DNA from: Saccostrea echinata
Taxonomy: Eukaryota
NCBI RefSeq assembly: GCF_033153115.1
Contig: NW_026889765.1
Location: forward strand, 14,942,001 to 15,006,000
DNA: 64,000 nucleotides
Direction: 5' to 3'
In this document: in pieces, positions 34,850-47,242 of the stretch
Numbering within the stretch: position 1 is the first letter of the stretch
Layout: each line of letters begins with the position of its first letter
Program-made: the position numbers and the translations under genes
Notes under the pieces: generated by a model
What the model was told of the DNA's origin: nothing
The model's database searches: none
Seen by the model: the letters and a program-made list of their open reading frames with translations, nothing else

Positions 34850-36515
34850 CTGAATCTGAATAACCTACTTTTACTGGATTCCAAAACTTCATAAAACAAA
34901 CAAAGCAGGATTTAGTAAATGTTCTTGCTCCTTAATATTTACAGCACCGGAGGAGAACTTCAGCAGTACTGTGCAGTAACATATTCGGGAGTTGGTGTTA
35001 ATCAAATAAAGATACTTAAAACTTCAAAGAACTTTTTAAAAATTTGAAATCACAGAACTTTGCTCAAATCAGTGGACTTAAACATTTCCTTAACAAAAAT
35101 AAACTACTGTTTACTATATTTTATTATAGTTTACTCTATAGTATCAAAGTTTTCTCTATAGTAAATCAAATTATTTTACTATGATTTCAGATAGCTTATT
35201 TTATGTTCTCTTATTCATACATGTATATGTTTTTATATTAAATAGAAATATTACTTGTATATTGACATATCATTTCCAATTTTACATCATTGGTATTGAT
35301 TTTAAGAGATTTTAAGCTTCAAAATCTCAAAAAAGTTCTACTGTAAAGTTTCATACTAAATCAAAGTATTTATTATAGTTAACTTTAGTAAATTTTTGTA
35401 AGGGTTTTACAACCATCCTGCGCGTTAAATTAAACACGAGGCTTTTTGAGACCTTAGATTACTGCTTCTTCAATAAAAAAAAAAAGAACTTACATATTTT
35501 CATATTTGTCATTGGCCATCTATAAGCTTAAATTACTTTGTTAAAAACCATTCTTATTCTACACACAAGTACGCCTCATTGAAAATATGTACGTAGTCTT
35601 TGGAAATCAGGTTTTCACACAATCACTTGGAATTTAAATAAGTATTCATTGTGTCCCGTTATTAGCACACCTGTTTTTGTGTCTTGTTCCAAAACTTCTA
35701 CATGAAAAGAAATCTCTTGTCGCTGTCTTAAATTCGACATTTAGATCTATCAATGATGTTTTACAAACAGTATTTTTTAAACCATACATGTACATTGATT
35801 CGAAATATCCCATTAAACTCAAAATGAAAGACGCAACAGAGTATGACATGTCTATTTCATATTTGGATGTTCTGTAAGAGAAGGTCATTGTTGGCTAATA
35901 ATTAAACTTTATTACAAATGTGATGGCTAACAATTAAACTTTATTACAAATGTGATGGCTAACAATTAACCTTTATTACAAATGTGATGGCTAACAGTTA
36001 AACTTTATTACAAATGTGATGACTAACAATTAACCTTTATTACAAATTTGATAACTTCAACTTCTCTATTGTCTTCTTCCCGATTTTATATAGCAATATA
36101 CCATTTACACTTGCATATGGTTTTTATGTCTCCAATATAATTTGATATGCAAGAGCGTGTTCTATGTACGAACAATTTCTTAGAAAAGTTATTCTCCTGA
36201 AAAACTAGTTGATGATACAAGGGTATCAATAATCCCGTTTAAAGTAAACATTTGGCAAATTAAACATTTGATTCAATGACCTTGTTTGCAAATACAATCT
36301 TTCTTTACATGTAAGTCGAATATTGACTGACATCTTTCATGCAAATTCTTACGCCATTATTTTCATACTGAATTGTCTACGGATTTCTCCATTTACCCAA
36401 TCATAACAATGGGCACGCAGAAGGTTTTTCAGAGGTCCTTGTTTGCTTTGCTCACAATTTGAATCGTTTAATTGGATCTTGAGCATGATTACTATTCTTA
36501 AGGTCTCATTTTACT
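34850..36515 (+). mobile_element. Decayed Naiad-type Penelope-like element
   Basis: Collinear with 61900-63260 (LPTFYWIPKLHK, GVNQ, STFRSINDVL, ISYLDVL, AYGFYVS..RACSMYEQFL); contains a MITE at ~35088-35404. Confidence 0.8.
35893..36052 (+). repeat. 32-bp tandem repeat x5 derived from RT coding sequence
   Basis: GGCTAACAATTAAACTTTATTACAAATGTGAT; corresponds to the KLTTKLYDKRD codons at ~62710. Confidence 0.9.
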
Positions 36516-38937
36516 GTAAATATCATGTTTGTAAAGGAAAACAAATCAAGTGACAAAAGAAAACAAACAATGCGAGGAATATTAAATCCAAATAGAAATA
36601 TGCAGCTAAAGATAGTTTTATAGAAAAGAAACTAACTTCCTGACATTGTTCTAACAAAACAGACCAGGTATGGTTTTCTGTATTTTAAAAACATATGAAG
36701 GTTGCAATAATGGAGTTAACAGTTTCTTGGGATGAGAGATACCGGTATGGCGAAGGCAATGAAACAAAAAATTCGAAATATAAAGATCTGATGGCTTTGT
36801 TCGAGACATAGAATGGCAAACATGGGGCTTTCCTGTCAAGTTTGCCTGCAGCGGCTTCCCTGTACATGTGTGGAGGATGTTCTCTGTGCTAGGCCGTGAA
36901 AGAAGAATGACTGATCAGAAAATAGAAAAAGAAGGCATCCTCCTGGAAGAAGTTTACGTTTTGGTGTATGGGATTGAGTAGTGAGAAGTTATTCAGAATA
37001 ACACATACATTAAAAAGATTATACATCAAAATGTTCCAAGGCACTATAAGTATGCATATGTGAGAATTCTAGAAAACACACGACAGCAACTGTGTTGAAA
37101 TCTGATTGGCTTAGATTGAAGGTATTTCTAACTTTCTAAGTTTTTTAACGCAAGAAGACGAAATTCAGAGTATATGAAAATAAATTATTAATACAAGTCT
37201 CTTCAATATGGAATCATCAGAAATGAGTTCGAGGGCATGCATGCACGTGTGCTGAATTCTGATTAGTTAATATTCAACGTTTTCTAGTGAAATTCTTTGA
37301 AATTTAAAATGTAGCTCTTTATTACGACATACTATGAGATGATGTACATGTAACGTATATGCATGCACGTGTACTTAAATTAAATAGGACTGTGCTCATT
37401 TTATTATATGTGCGTTGTTATTTCCCAAAAATGCTTTAGAAAATAGTTTTCAAAAGTCTATAATACAAAGATTTTGCTTAATTTAATGAAGCTTATAGGG
37501 AATGGGACACCAAAAGGGAGTAGGGGAGCGTTTGGGGAACATCTGTGACGGTCTCCGTTACAATTAGAACTAGTTTTGACTGACATACTTCACACTGATT
37601 GTTAGGCCTTTGTTAGCTTTGCTGTCCGAATCCGTCTGTCTGTCCGTCCTTCTGTAAACAGTTTTTCAACTCGCAACTCCTTCTACAGGTTTGGTTTGAT
37701 TTCAATAAGACTTCGTGCACAATCAGACTTTTAAAGATATATAATTCTAAGTACCGGTTTTTGATTTCGACGAATTGTGTTGCCATGTTTTCTAAAACTG
37801 GAAATGTGTTTGAGATTCTTTCAAAACATTACCCTTTCTACAGTTTTTGGTCTGATCTGAATTAGAATTGGTAAAGTACATAATGTACAAGATATAATAC
37901 ATACTAACATACGTAATTCTAAGTATCGGTTTATGTGAATATTTTTTTCCCAAAACCCTAACTCTTCCTACAGTTTTTGCCCAGTTTCTTGGTACATAGT
38001 TGGTACATAGGTAAACTTTATGGAAATACGTGATTCTATATATGGGTTCTGATTTTCGACAAACTGTGTTGCCTTGGTTACTAAAAATACAAATTCTGTT
38101 AATTTCGTCAAATTGCTATTCTCTTACAGTTTTTGTTTGATTGCAATTAGAATTAGTACACAGGTAGACTATACTAAAATACAAAATTCGGTATATCAAT
38201 TTTTGATTGATGGCAATGTTCCTATGGTTACTAAAAATAGAAATATCTCAATGACACCTCAATACAACTTGGTTAAAGTCGTTTGTCACCGAAAGGCTAA
38301 ATGTGATTGGCTGAGAGAAAAGAAAAGTAAGCCTGATTTATAATTTCCTCTTAAAGAAATAGCTGCATGCTTGGAAAAATGATGAAGTTTGTCGGGGATT
38401 TCAGGGCCACAAGTGGACTCAGGACCCCTGACGTTGTGAAGATATATAGCCCAAAAAGATTTATTCCTCACCAGAAAAATCGCTACACAAATCCAGAAGA
38501 AATGGAACATGAAGCAGAGTATTAAGTTGAAAAGATACTAATAAAATCAAAACTCAAGACAGGCAGATTAATCCTTGGGAAAGAAAATCTGGATCTCCCG
38601 TCACAGGGAACTACAAATTTACACCAGTTTATTACTATCTTTCAGCAGCGTATTGGCGATTGAAGGCCTTTTTTTTAAATAAATAAAACAATAAATGTAA
38701 TAGAATTAACAAAGACATTGACCTTAGAACCTTGCAAACTTAAGTAGAAGTCTGTCTATCAGAGCAGTGGGCAGTTAACACGATTTTGTAATAATGATAT
38801 AAATAATGCTCTTGCAGCTAAATGATCCTAGAATCTCCCACTTATTTCAGGTAATGTAGTTCTATGATTGTAATAGTCACTGTCGCACAGTGGAATATGA
38901 AAGAAAATTAGCTCGATGAAGTGAATGATTGATGAAA

Positions 38938-39739
38938 TCAAAGAGCAAAGGTGCGTTTGGGACCTTTCGGTGGTTTTCGGTTCCAGATCCATAGCTGCCG
39001 ATCTATACCCAGACATTTTTTCATAGAAACATACTTTCCGTCTTCTGATAGTTCTAGACAACGGTCACTTCCAACACGCTGAATTGTATTGTCCTAGAAA
39101 GAAAAAAATACAGAATTATACAGAACACCCCAAAACTCATTTAAAATCAATTTCAAAAGCCAAGATTTAGAAAAAACGACATTGAATCGGAATACATTTG
39201 ACAACTGTAAAATAAAAGAGGAACAATCCAGGCCCTATTGCTGGTAACTCCTGGCGTCATTCGTTTATAGCAATTATGTAAGTTCTACCTTTACCCTTGT
39301 CTCACTTCTACATATGACTTTCCACTTAGCAACGTCACATTTAACAAATAATTAAAAAATATGAGTATAAATCGTTTGTTACGGATGCTAGATATAACCT
39401 CTCGATAAGTCCAGTTTTGATTTTCCCCTTTTCCGTAACAACTGTTGACAAATACTGTCTGAGCAGTGTCGTCCATACAACCATACAAATCATGGCGAAT
39501 CTCACCATTCCGAGTGTACAGCCAATACTTAAATAACAAAAAATCAATCTTATCCAGCAAAAGAAATTATCTAAAATGATGAATTGCAATACTCTACATA
39601 ATATTGTCTATTTATTTGTAGTTTACAATTATGCATACTAATTGTTGAATAACTATGGTTTAGAATTGCTGAAGAATAATTGTATTAGCTAAATACAAAT
39701 TTATATTGTTTTGACTTGCATGTTTGGTTATCACATTCT

Positions 39740-39796
<57 letters not shown>

Positions 39797-42700
39797 TTAT
39801 CCCCCTCGAGAGAAAATGGTAAGCTCAAGATAATTAAGTTTTAACTAAGGCCGAGGATTTACACAACAAAATTAATTTATTTTGTACGGATGTATTTGAG
39901 AGATGAGACACACCACATTCATTTCTTCATAAAAGTACAGCGGAAATGACATTATATAGAACCTTTTATTTACCTGATTTCCTTTTAATCCATGACAGGT
40001 ATAAACTTGCAAAGGTTTATTGACTTCTGCATATCTGTAGGGACTCTCTAAACACAATGGTTGAATCTTGCTTCTTATCTGAAATATTTCCAAATTCCAG
40101 TAAAAACGAATATGACAAAGTATGAGTTCAATGACACTATAAAGCACCATTATGGTTGTTGTTGTATGTATTTCACTGTAACTGAAAAATAATAATGACG
40201 ACTTAAGTTAAAAGAATTGATAGGAATAAAAGATTATTTTTACTTGCAATGTTTCACAACAAAAAAATTCAAAGCAGATAAAAGCAATCAATACATTCAA
40301 ATTCTGTTCTTCTTTGACATCACAAATTATACCCAAGGTAAAGATCTAGTTATCGTTATGGTTCTAATTCGGAGGCCAAGAACTTAGTAATTACTGTTTT
40401 TTTGAGAGACTGTAGGCAATATGGGTTAGTTTCATTTGCCCTATTTTAAAAAAAAAACTCCCATTGTTTTTGTTGTTTATAACAGCATCTAGTTTTTACT
40501 GTTTTTCATCTCTTTTAAATATGAGTTTAAATCATGATTTAAATATTCTTTTTCATTGAGTTTACCTAAAATTATGCCCTAATAATGTAATATATTTATT
40601 TAATCATTTTCTAATCTAGGAAAAGTGTAAGCATCTTCATTTACTAGATCTTTAGTTTAAGGTAACTTTCACAGAACCAAGCGGAAAAGATTTTTTTTTA
40701 AAATGCTTCCAACTCCCAGGCATACTTATGATACACAAGTACACTTACTTGTATCTGCCTTTGGGTAGATAAATGAGACAGACAAATATTTTTCACTATT
40801 CTTATCTTCACCTACATCACGTACATGTATATTTTTGCTTTAAATATTTATTTTTGAGGGTGTAGATGTTTTTAAGCCTAGTCTCTCTTTGGAAATACAT
40901 TTTACAATTAAAAAGGAATTATAAAAGCAGAACATTCGAGTTCGTAGCAAGATTAATCCAACAAAAAATAATTCCACATTTCAAAATGACCAGTTTTCAG
41001 GGCAATGGCATATCCTCTGTTTATATGTGCATTTCTAGCAAGAACATACTTTCAACTTGAACTAATATAAACTAAGAATTCTCATACAAAAGCTTTACGG
41101 TTCATCAACCCTTTAATAAGATAGATAAGATTTTTTTAATGAAATCGTTGAGTGAAAGGGCCACTTTAGTCAAGTTTTGCACTGCAAAGCATGCTAAAAA
41201 TGCAGCACATTTAAGTTACAAATTCAACTTCTTTTAGAGAATCATAAGGGCTAAGGAAGCTCTAAACACCAAACAAAAAACGTTTTTGGACTTTGAGAAA
41301 ATTTAATCATATAAAGATGTATATTATATTGAATTTTTCTAGTTCATTTTCAACATAGGGTACCTGCCATATTTCTCCTGGAAAAATGTTCAAGGACAAT
41401 GAAGTATTTTGAACTGAAATAAATTGTTAACTTAAAAATTTGGAAAATTCGTGCAAATAATGTATTTAATTACTTTATCTTGGTTTGGTAAGAATGCTAT
41501 AACCAATTTTAAATTATCTCATTTACTGTTAGCTATTCTAATTTACATCAAAGATCAGATCACTCTAAATGCATAAAACTATCATGGAATTTGGACAGTG
41601 TTTAGAGCTTCCTTAAAACCAAATTTTCCATGGTCCAACAGAGGGACGATTAATCTTAAATGACCGCTCCCTAGCGTATGAAGTTGAAGTTCCTTTTACC
41701 TCCCCTGAATATAAGGCCTCAGCTGGAACTATGAGTTCCGGGTATACATTGACAAGGAACCAATCAAAACTTCTACACTTTAGTCTTTCTCGTAGAGACT
41801 TTCGTGCTGATACGTCGCCATAGTCGCCCTACAATCAATAAATTTTAGAGTTATCATACATCCATGAGATGTTCTTTGATTCAGGAAGTTTCAGGAGCGG
41901 TAAGTATATATATATATATATATGTATATATGCCTAGAAAGTGATAATTGCATGGTTATTCAATATTTTTATAATCTAATATTTTAACCATTTACTTGTA
42001 AAATACACGTAGTTTGTTGTAAAATTGGCATAATGAAAGAGTTACAATCTGCAAGAAATAATTATGTAACATTGACTTCTAAATCTTACAAGAGTGTATC
42101 CGATATGCTGGTAGTAATATTCTTTAAAATCATCGAGCCAAACTTCCGCCATGCGCACATTATTGCTTCTTACAACATTGGTCTTTGATCCCCACGAGTA
42201 CGGCGGTGACTTCCGGAAAATATGGCCTACATGAGAACAAGGAGCGACTAAAAGAGTTCCGCCGCACATCCAAATCTGAAAAAAAAATCTCTATTGAAAT
42301 TGATTGATTGATTGATTGATAGTATTTAACGCCGAGTCGGCTATATTTCAGCCATATGAAATTGATTAACGCTTTAATAAAGATCCACTTATCACACACT
42401 GCATCTTCTATCGTGATTACGAGGGCCTTTGGATCTTAGATTAAGTTTATGGAATAATATTCAAATAACAGTTGTTTGAAATTAAAAAAAAATATTTAAA
42501 ATTGATCCACTGTAGATTACAAATTCACAACTTCCCTGGATGTGACGAATTACCGTATTATCCCTTGAATCGTACATGTTTTAAATTGATAACCCTTGCA
42601 TGAATAAAAAAGATTATCACAATACCCTGAATGAGATTTCAAGGTTCTCTCCTCCCCAGATGTCCATGCCTTCATCATAGGTCCCGAGGTACTCAAAGTA

Positions 42701-45533
42701 CTTCTTACTGATGGCAAATAGTCCCCCCGCCATTGTCGGCGACCTTTAAATTAGGAAAAGAAATTTTTTGTAGTACAGTGTAAGGAAGATGCTTTGATCT
42801 GCACAATATCGTGACTTTTTTCCCACCCTCCTCAGCGGGTCTGAACATGTAAGGGTCATGTACTCGAACATCAAGATATTAAACAATTGCACTGCAATGT
42901 TAATGAATGTTAGCTAATATTTTGTACATGTGAGAAAGCTTCAACCGGAAAGGGAGTTGATCATAGTAAGATGTTGAGACAGAAATGCAATAAAACTGAC
43001 ATGAAACTTATTTATTTGTAAACTCATACTTAGTATCACACATTTGGTTGTAAAATGCTGTATTTCTCGGTGAAATTTGAAAATGGAAGAAAAACACTGA
43101 CTAAAATTCGACTTTATGCCAGTAAAACATTATTCCTCATGCATTTCTTCACAAGAAAGGAAGGAAAATTAATATTTATTTTTGGGGGGGAGAACATTAA
43201 TTTTATGTCAGGTAACTGGTAAATTTTTCTTGCTATTTTGATGAAAGATTAAATTTTATTACTACTAAGCATCAGTCATCAGGGGAGACAAGTGAAAATT
43301 TTCAAACCTGAAATATATTCTTAAGCTCTATTTATATGATATGTCAAATTCAAACCTAGTAAGGAAGCAAGAAGTCCCTCTTGATTGGTTTCGTCCTAGC
43401 CAATCAAGACCCACCGTAAAATTTTAAAACATGCTTAAAGACATACAGAGGATAAACAACAGACTTGTTTAGAATAGCTCGTACTTGGATAACATTGGCT
43501 ACAAAAACCAGGCATCTGTTCCTCACCTGACTGGAAGATGGTGTTTATATTGTCGACGTTTTTTCTCAGATTCTGGAATGCCATGCCACGTGAAAGACAG
43601 TGACCAATCAAATCCACCAACGTTTGTCGCCTCGGCTCCTTGATAGGAATACTGAAAAGTATCCTTATCTATGACATCAATAACAGGGGTCATGACCGTA
43701 GTCCAGTTCCTGGCTATTGGGTCTAGCAAGGGTTCTATCCACCCTAAATATTGGCAGTAAAATACATTCATAATTTACTGTTATAAAGTACATGACCTAC
43801 AACCAAAAGATTATAAATATACATATTGACTGGGTTCGAGGGCAACATGCTTTTTTTCGGACCCAAGAACCAAACTGTTTGCCTGAGGCCTTTAGGCCGA
43901 AGGCAAACAGTTTGGTTCGAGGGTCGACAAAACGCATTTTGCCCGAGAACAGAGACAATAGATGTTTTGTTACACATTTTATTATTTTTTTAAACATACA
44001 TGTACGTGTATCTTGAGTTGGCTTCAGTGATGCAAATTTCCTTTAAATGCATTAAAAGTCGGTCAATTATGATACTGTCGAACACTTACAAAGTAAGATT
44101 TACCTGGTCACGCCCACAACGTGACGTAAGCGGTCCAAAATCTCATCGACAGATCCAATATCTCTCTCTGCGGTCAAACATAGATTTTTTATGACCGCTC
44201 AGTAAAACATTAGAAATGTAAACCTTTTTAAAGTATAGGTTTATATAGGAACCAAATTTTAAAGGTATAACAATAATTGATTTAAAAAAACATTAAACCT
44301 TCAGTGCATTCGATGTGAGAGTCAAGAAATAGGAGAACTTCTCCAACTGCCGCTTTATATCCTAAAATACGCCCTCGTATTAATCCCTGTCGCCTCGGCG
44401 CTCGAATCAATTTGACTTTCTTAAACTTGATGAGAAATTCTTCTAATGGACCCTTAAGATGCTCTGTCAAAGAAGCACATAGTTATTGAGAAGTCACCAC
44501 TCAAAGTTGATATCTATTAATTGAAATTTCAACACTGTTTAATCTACTTGCCCATAGTTGAACAATCGTCGACGAGTATAATTTCTTTCAAAACAGAGGG
44601 AGGTGTTCTGTTAAGTATGCTGTAGATACTTCGAAGAAGAACACTCCAAGCCTCATTATGAAATGTAATCACAACGCTGACTTCCGGTAGGTTTTGGATG
44701 TATGTAATATCGAGGCATCTAAAACCACAAAGAACGATTTTTCATAACCGTATATTAGCTAAAAGAGGTGCGTTGAATCGATATAATTTTGTAACTCGTT
44801 ATGTTTAATACAGCTATTTAATATTAAACTTGTTTTTATTAACTATTTCGTAATTTCAATTCAAAATTATGATAAAACATGTAAAACAAAGCCAAGTGGA
44901 CCATGGGATGCCTACTCTTTGTCCCGTGGGTCCGGCAGTGTTCGCTGTAGTGATATTCTGTTGCTGACAAACTCATTGAAGTTATTTATTCTCCAACCTT
45001 TTTCATACTCCAACTTTTCTTCTGGCGTTAACTGTGTAATATTTACTTTCACAAGTTTACCCAGTTCTCCTGTTGCAGATAGAATTATTTATTTATTTAT
45101 TTTTTTTTTTTTGAAAAATTATAAGTAAACGTTTCTTTTGTACTTTTAAATAATAAATTCAACAATTATTTTTTCTTTCTTTCTTGCTCATAAAACAAAT
45201 TGTACCTTGAACGTGTTTATCCACCACAACTTTACTGCTTGGTTCAGAATCATCTTGTTCATCCACAAACTTAGACAGTGAGGAGTCTAAAGAATCATCG
45301 ACATAATCGTCAGACAGTTTCACTGTCATTCGTTGCTGATGAACCCGAACATGATCACCCTGGTTAATTGAGTAGTTACTTCCAACCAGTCTATCCCTGA
45401 AAATATCATCTTCCTTCGGAACATTTGAATTGTGTATTGGAACTTGAGTGGAGAAGAATTTGGTAAAAAATAAAGCAATGATAAATATAATAATTCCTCT
45501 CTTCAAATATCGTTTGATATATCGGTGGTTCAT
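38938..45533 (-). CDS. GALNT: Polypeptide N-acetylgalactosaminyltransferase, paralog B (~617 aa)
   Basis: 11 exons: 45206-45533, 44916-45069, 44552-44718 (GC donor), 44299-44463, 43527-43743, 42626-42743, 42090-42275, 41700-41828, 39974-40078, 39399-39527, 38938-39093 (1854 nt). Exons 2-11 match paralog A in length; DSH, WGGENLE and GHIFRK are intact. Confidence 0.95.
39748..39793. repeat. (GA)n microsatellite
   Basis: About 23 GA units. Confidence 0.97.
41255..41612. mobile_element. Kolobok-like MITE in GALNT-B intron 8
   Basis: Perfect 15-bp TIR GGAAGCTCTAAACAC/GTGTTTAGAGCTTCC; flanks CTAA and TTAA. Confidence 0.8.
43812..43970. repeat. Palindromic hairpin element (Crypton-like) in GALNT-B intron 4
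   Basis: GAACCAAACTGTTTGCCT-GAGGCCTTTAGGCCGA-AGGCAAACAGTTTGGTTC core with imperfect outer arms. Confidence 0.75.
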
Positions 45534-46022
45534 TGTGAGAAATAAGCGTCTCGTAATTTAATTCAGTTATAACTCCACGTGTTAAATCTATAAAGAATGT
45601 CACGTGTTAAATTATCTCATATCTTAACTTGCATCTCATTATCAAGGAAACGCTTACATGTATGTAAAGATATAAATACATTCTACATTCACTTTTAGTT
45701 CAAGGAATAGTAATTCATTATTATACTATGAATTTTATAAATTCAACAAACTGAATAAGACATTTTCTTTTACAGTTGTTGACATGTGTGAATAATGTAA
45801 TCAATGGGACACAATACAGGGCAACAGCTGACTGCACGAACCTTCACAAGTCAACATCCGTAAATATCTTTTCTTTAGATCAATGCACAAACGTAGACAT
45901 ATATCATATCGACCGGTATAAAAAAAAATCGTATACAACAGTTTTAGTCTTTGGCACCGCCCTTTTTTCAGCTCTTCATTTTTTTAAATTAAGTATTTCG
46001 GATTTCCAATGTTTCGGCATGA

Positions 46023-46066
46023 GCATCAGTGAAGAGACATAATTTGTCAAAATGCACATCTGGTGC
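46023..46066 (+). ncRNA. Degenerate minimal type I hammerhead ribozyme motif (Penelope pLTR-like fragment ~45950-46085)
   Basis: GCATCA-GTGAAGA-GACA TAATT TGTC-AAAA-TGCACA-TC-TGGTGC: stem I and stem II pair, but the core boxes CUGAnGA and GAAA each carry one substitution. Confidence 0.6.
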
Positions 46067-47242
46067 ATGAAATTGGTACCGTAAAAATTTTACATACATC
46101 GTGCTTACCAATAAAGGCCTTTTCGTCCACCTTAAGAAGAATGTTTTGCTGACAAAGTCTAATCCACGTGAGCGCTCTCACCTCGTCTGTGACGATGTCA
46201 AATGAATTTTGACTAGTCTTGAAAGAGAGAAATAGTAGAAATGAAATACGAAGATAACGAACAGTAATCAAGCTCAAAAGTCCATTGAAACAAAACAAAT
46301 CTAGAGCAGAGCAAACACTTGATAAAAAGTAACGGAGGAGCCCCCCTTCTCCCCCATCAACTGCGTGCCTGTTAATTTAACATATACATGTATATGCAGA
46401 AGGGATGATCTAAAAACCAAAAAAAAAAGTAAATTCTAAAAATTCCATATCTAACGCTATGGTCAAGTTTATCCCAAACATATGTATAAAGTGGTTGAAG
46501 AAACGACACATGAAATATTAAATTATATTCATCAGGATGAAGTATAAAAGATAAAGTATGTACTTACTCTAAATCATTACTCTAGCTGCTTATTGTAAGT
46601 ATAAGAACAAAGGTGAACTGATCATTAGATCAAAATTCAAATAAAATGAAATGTAATGTGATATATTGGTGCGTACATAAGATGGGCCCCAGAGGAGACA
46701 GACCTTATTACCAAGAATTTAATAAGAAATTCTATAAATATCGCCAAATCAATTTTACTTTGGCATCATTCCAGTTTTTTAGCAATCCCCATCTTTATTG
46801 TAAAAACATTGCGATTTTAAGAACGTGGCACAGCTACTATAAAGTGCAATATATGCACCACTGAATAGCACGTGTCAAATTATTCTCTGTTCAACCCGCA
46901 ATTTATCAGATGGTTCAGTTCTGAAATCAAATAGCTATAAAATGTCCATAGGGACATTGATAATAATGCAATCCATTTCAAATCAATAATTAATGTTATA
47001 ATTATAATAATTGAAGTCTGTTTATGTATATAGAGGTTCAGTTGCTTTGAGTCGCATATATTCAACTTTAATTTTGTGAAAATCTAGTTCAGCTAAATTC
47101 TAGTACCATACACACACACCGTTGCTTAAAAGTCATCACCTTTGTAGAATAACCAAAATATTAACTGAGAGAAAATGTGGAATCTTAATTGAGGTCAAAC
47201 TAAGTTGAAATGTGGTCAAAATAGAATGTTGGAAATAGAAAT

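Larger units (their letters stand above)
34090..36960 (+). mobile_element. Old HERO/NeSL-type non-LTR retrotransposon relic (restriction-like endonuclease), split by a Penelope-like relic
   Basis: Degenerate RTGQKWS..VSEAKSKLKYKNVVG, GAWLRWE, LLRSVYDELPTPS, CPLC (34420-34845) and RPGMVF..MELTVSWDE..KYKDL (36660-36870). Confidence 0.65.
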
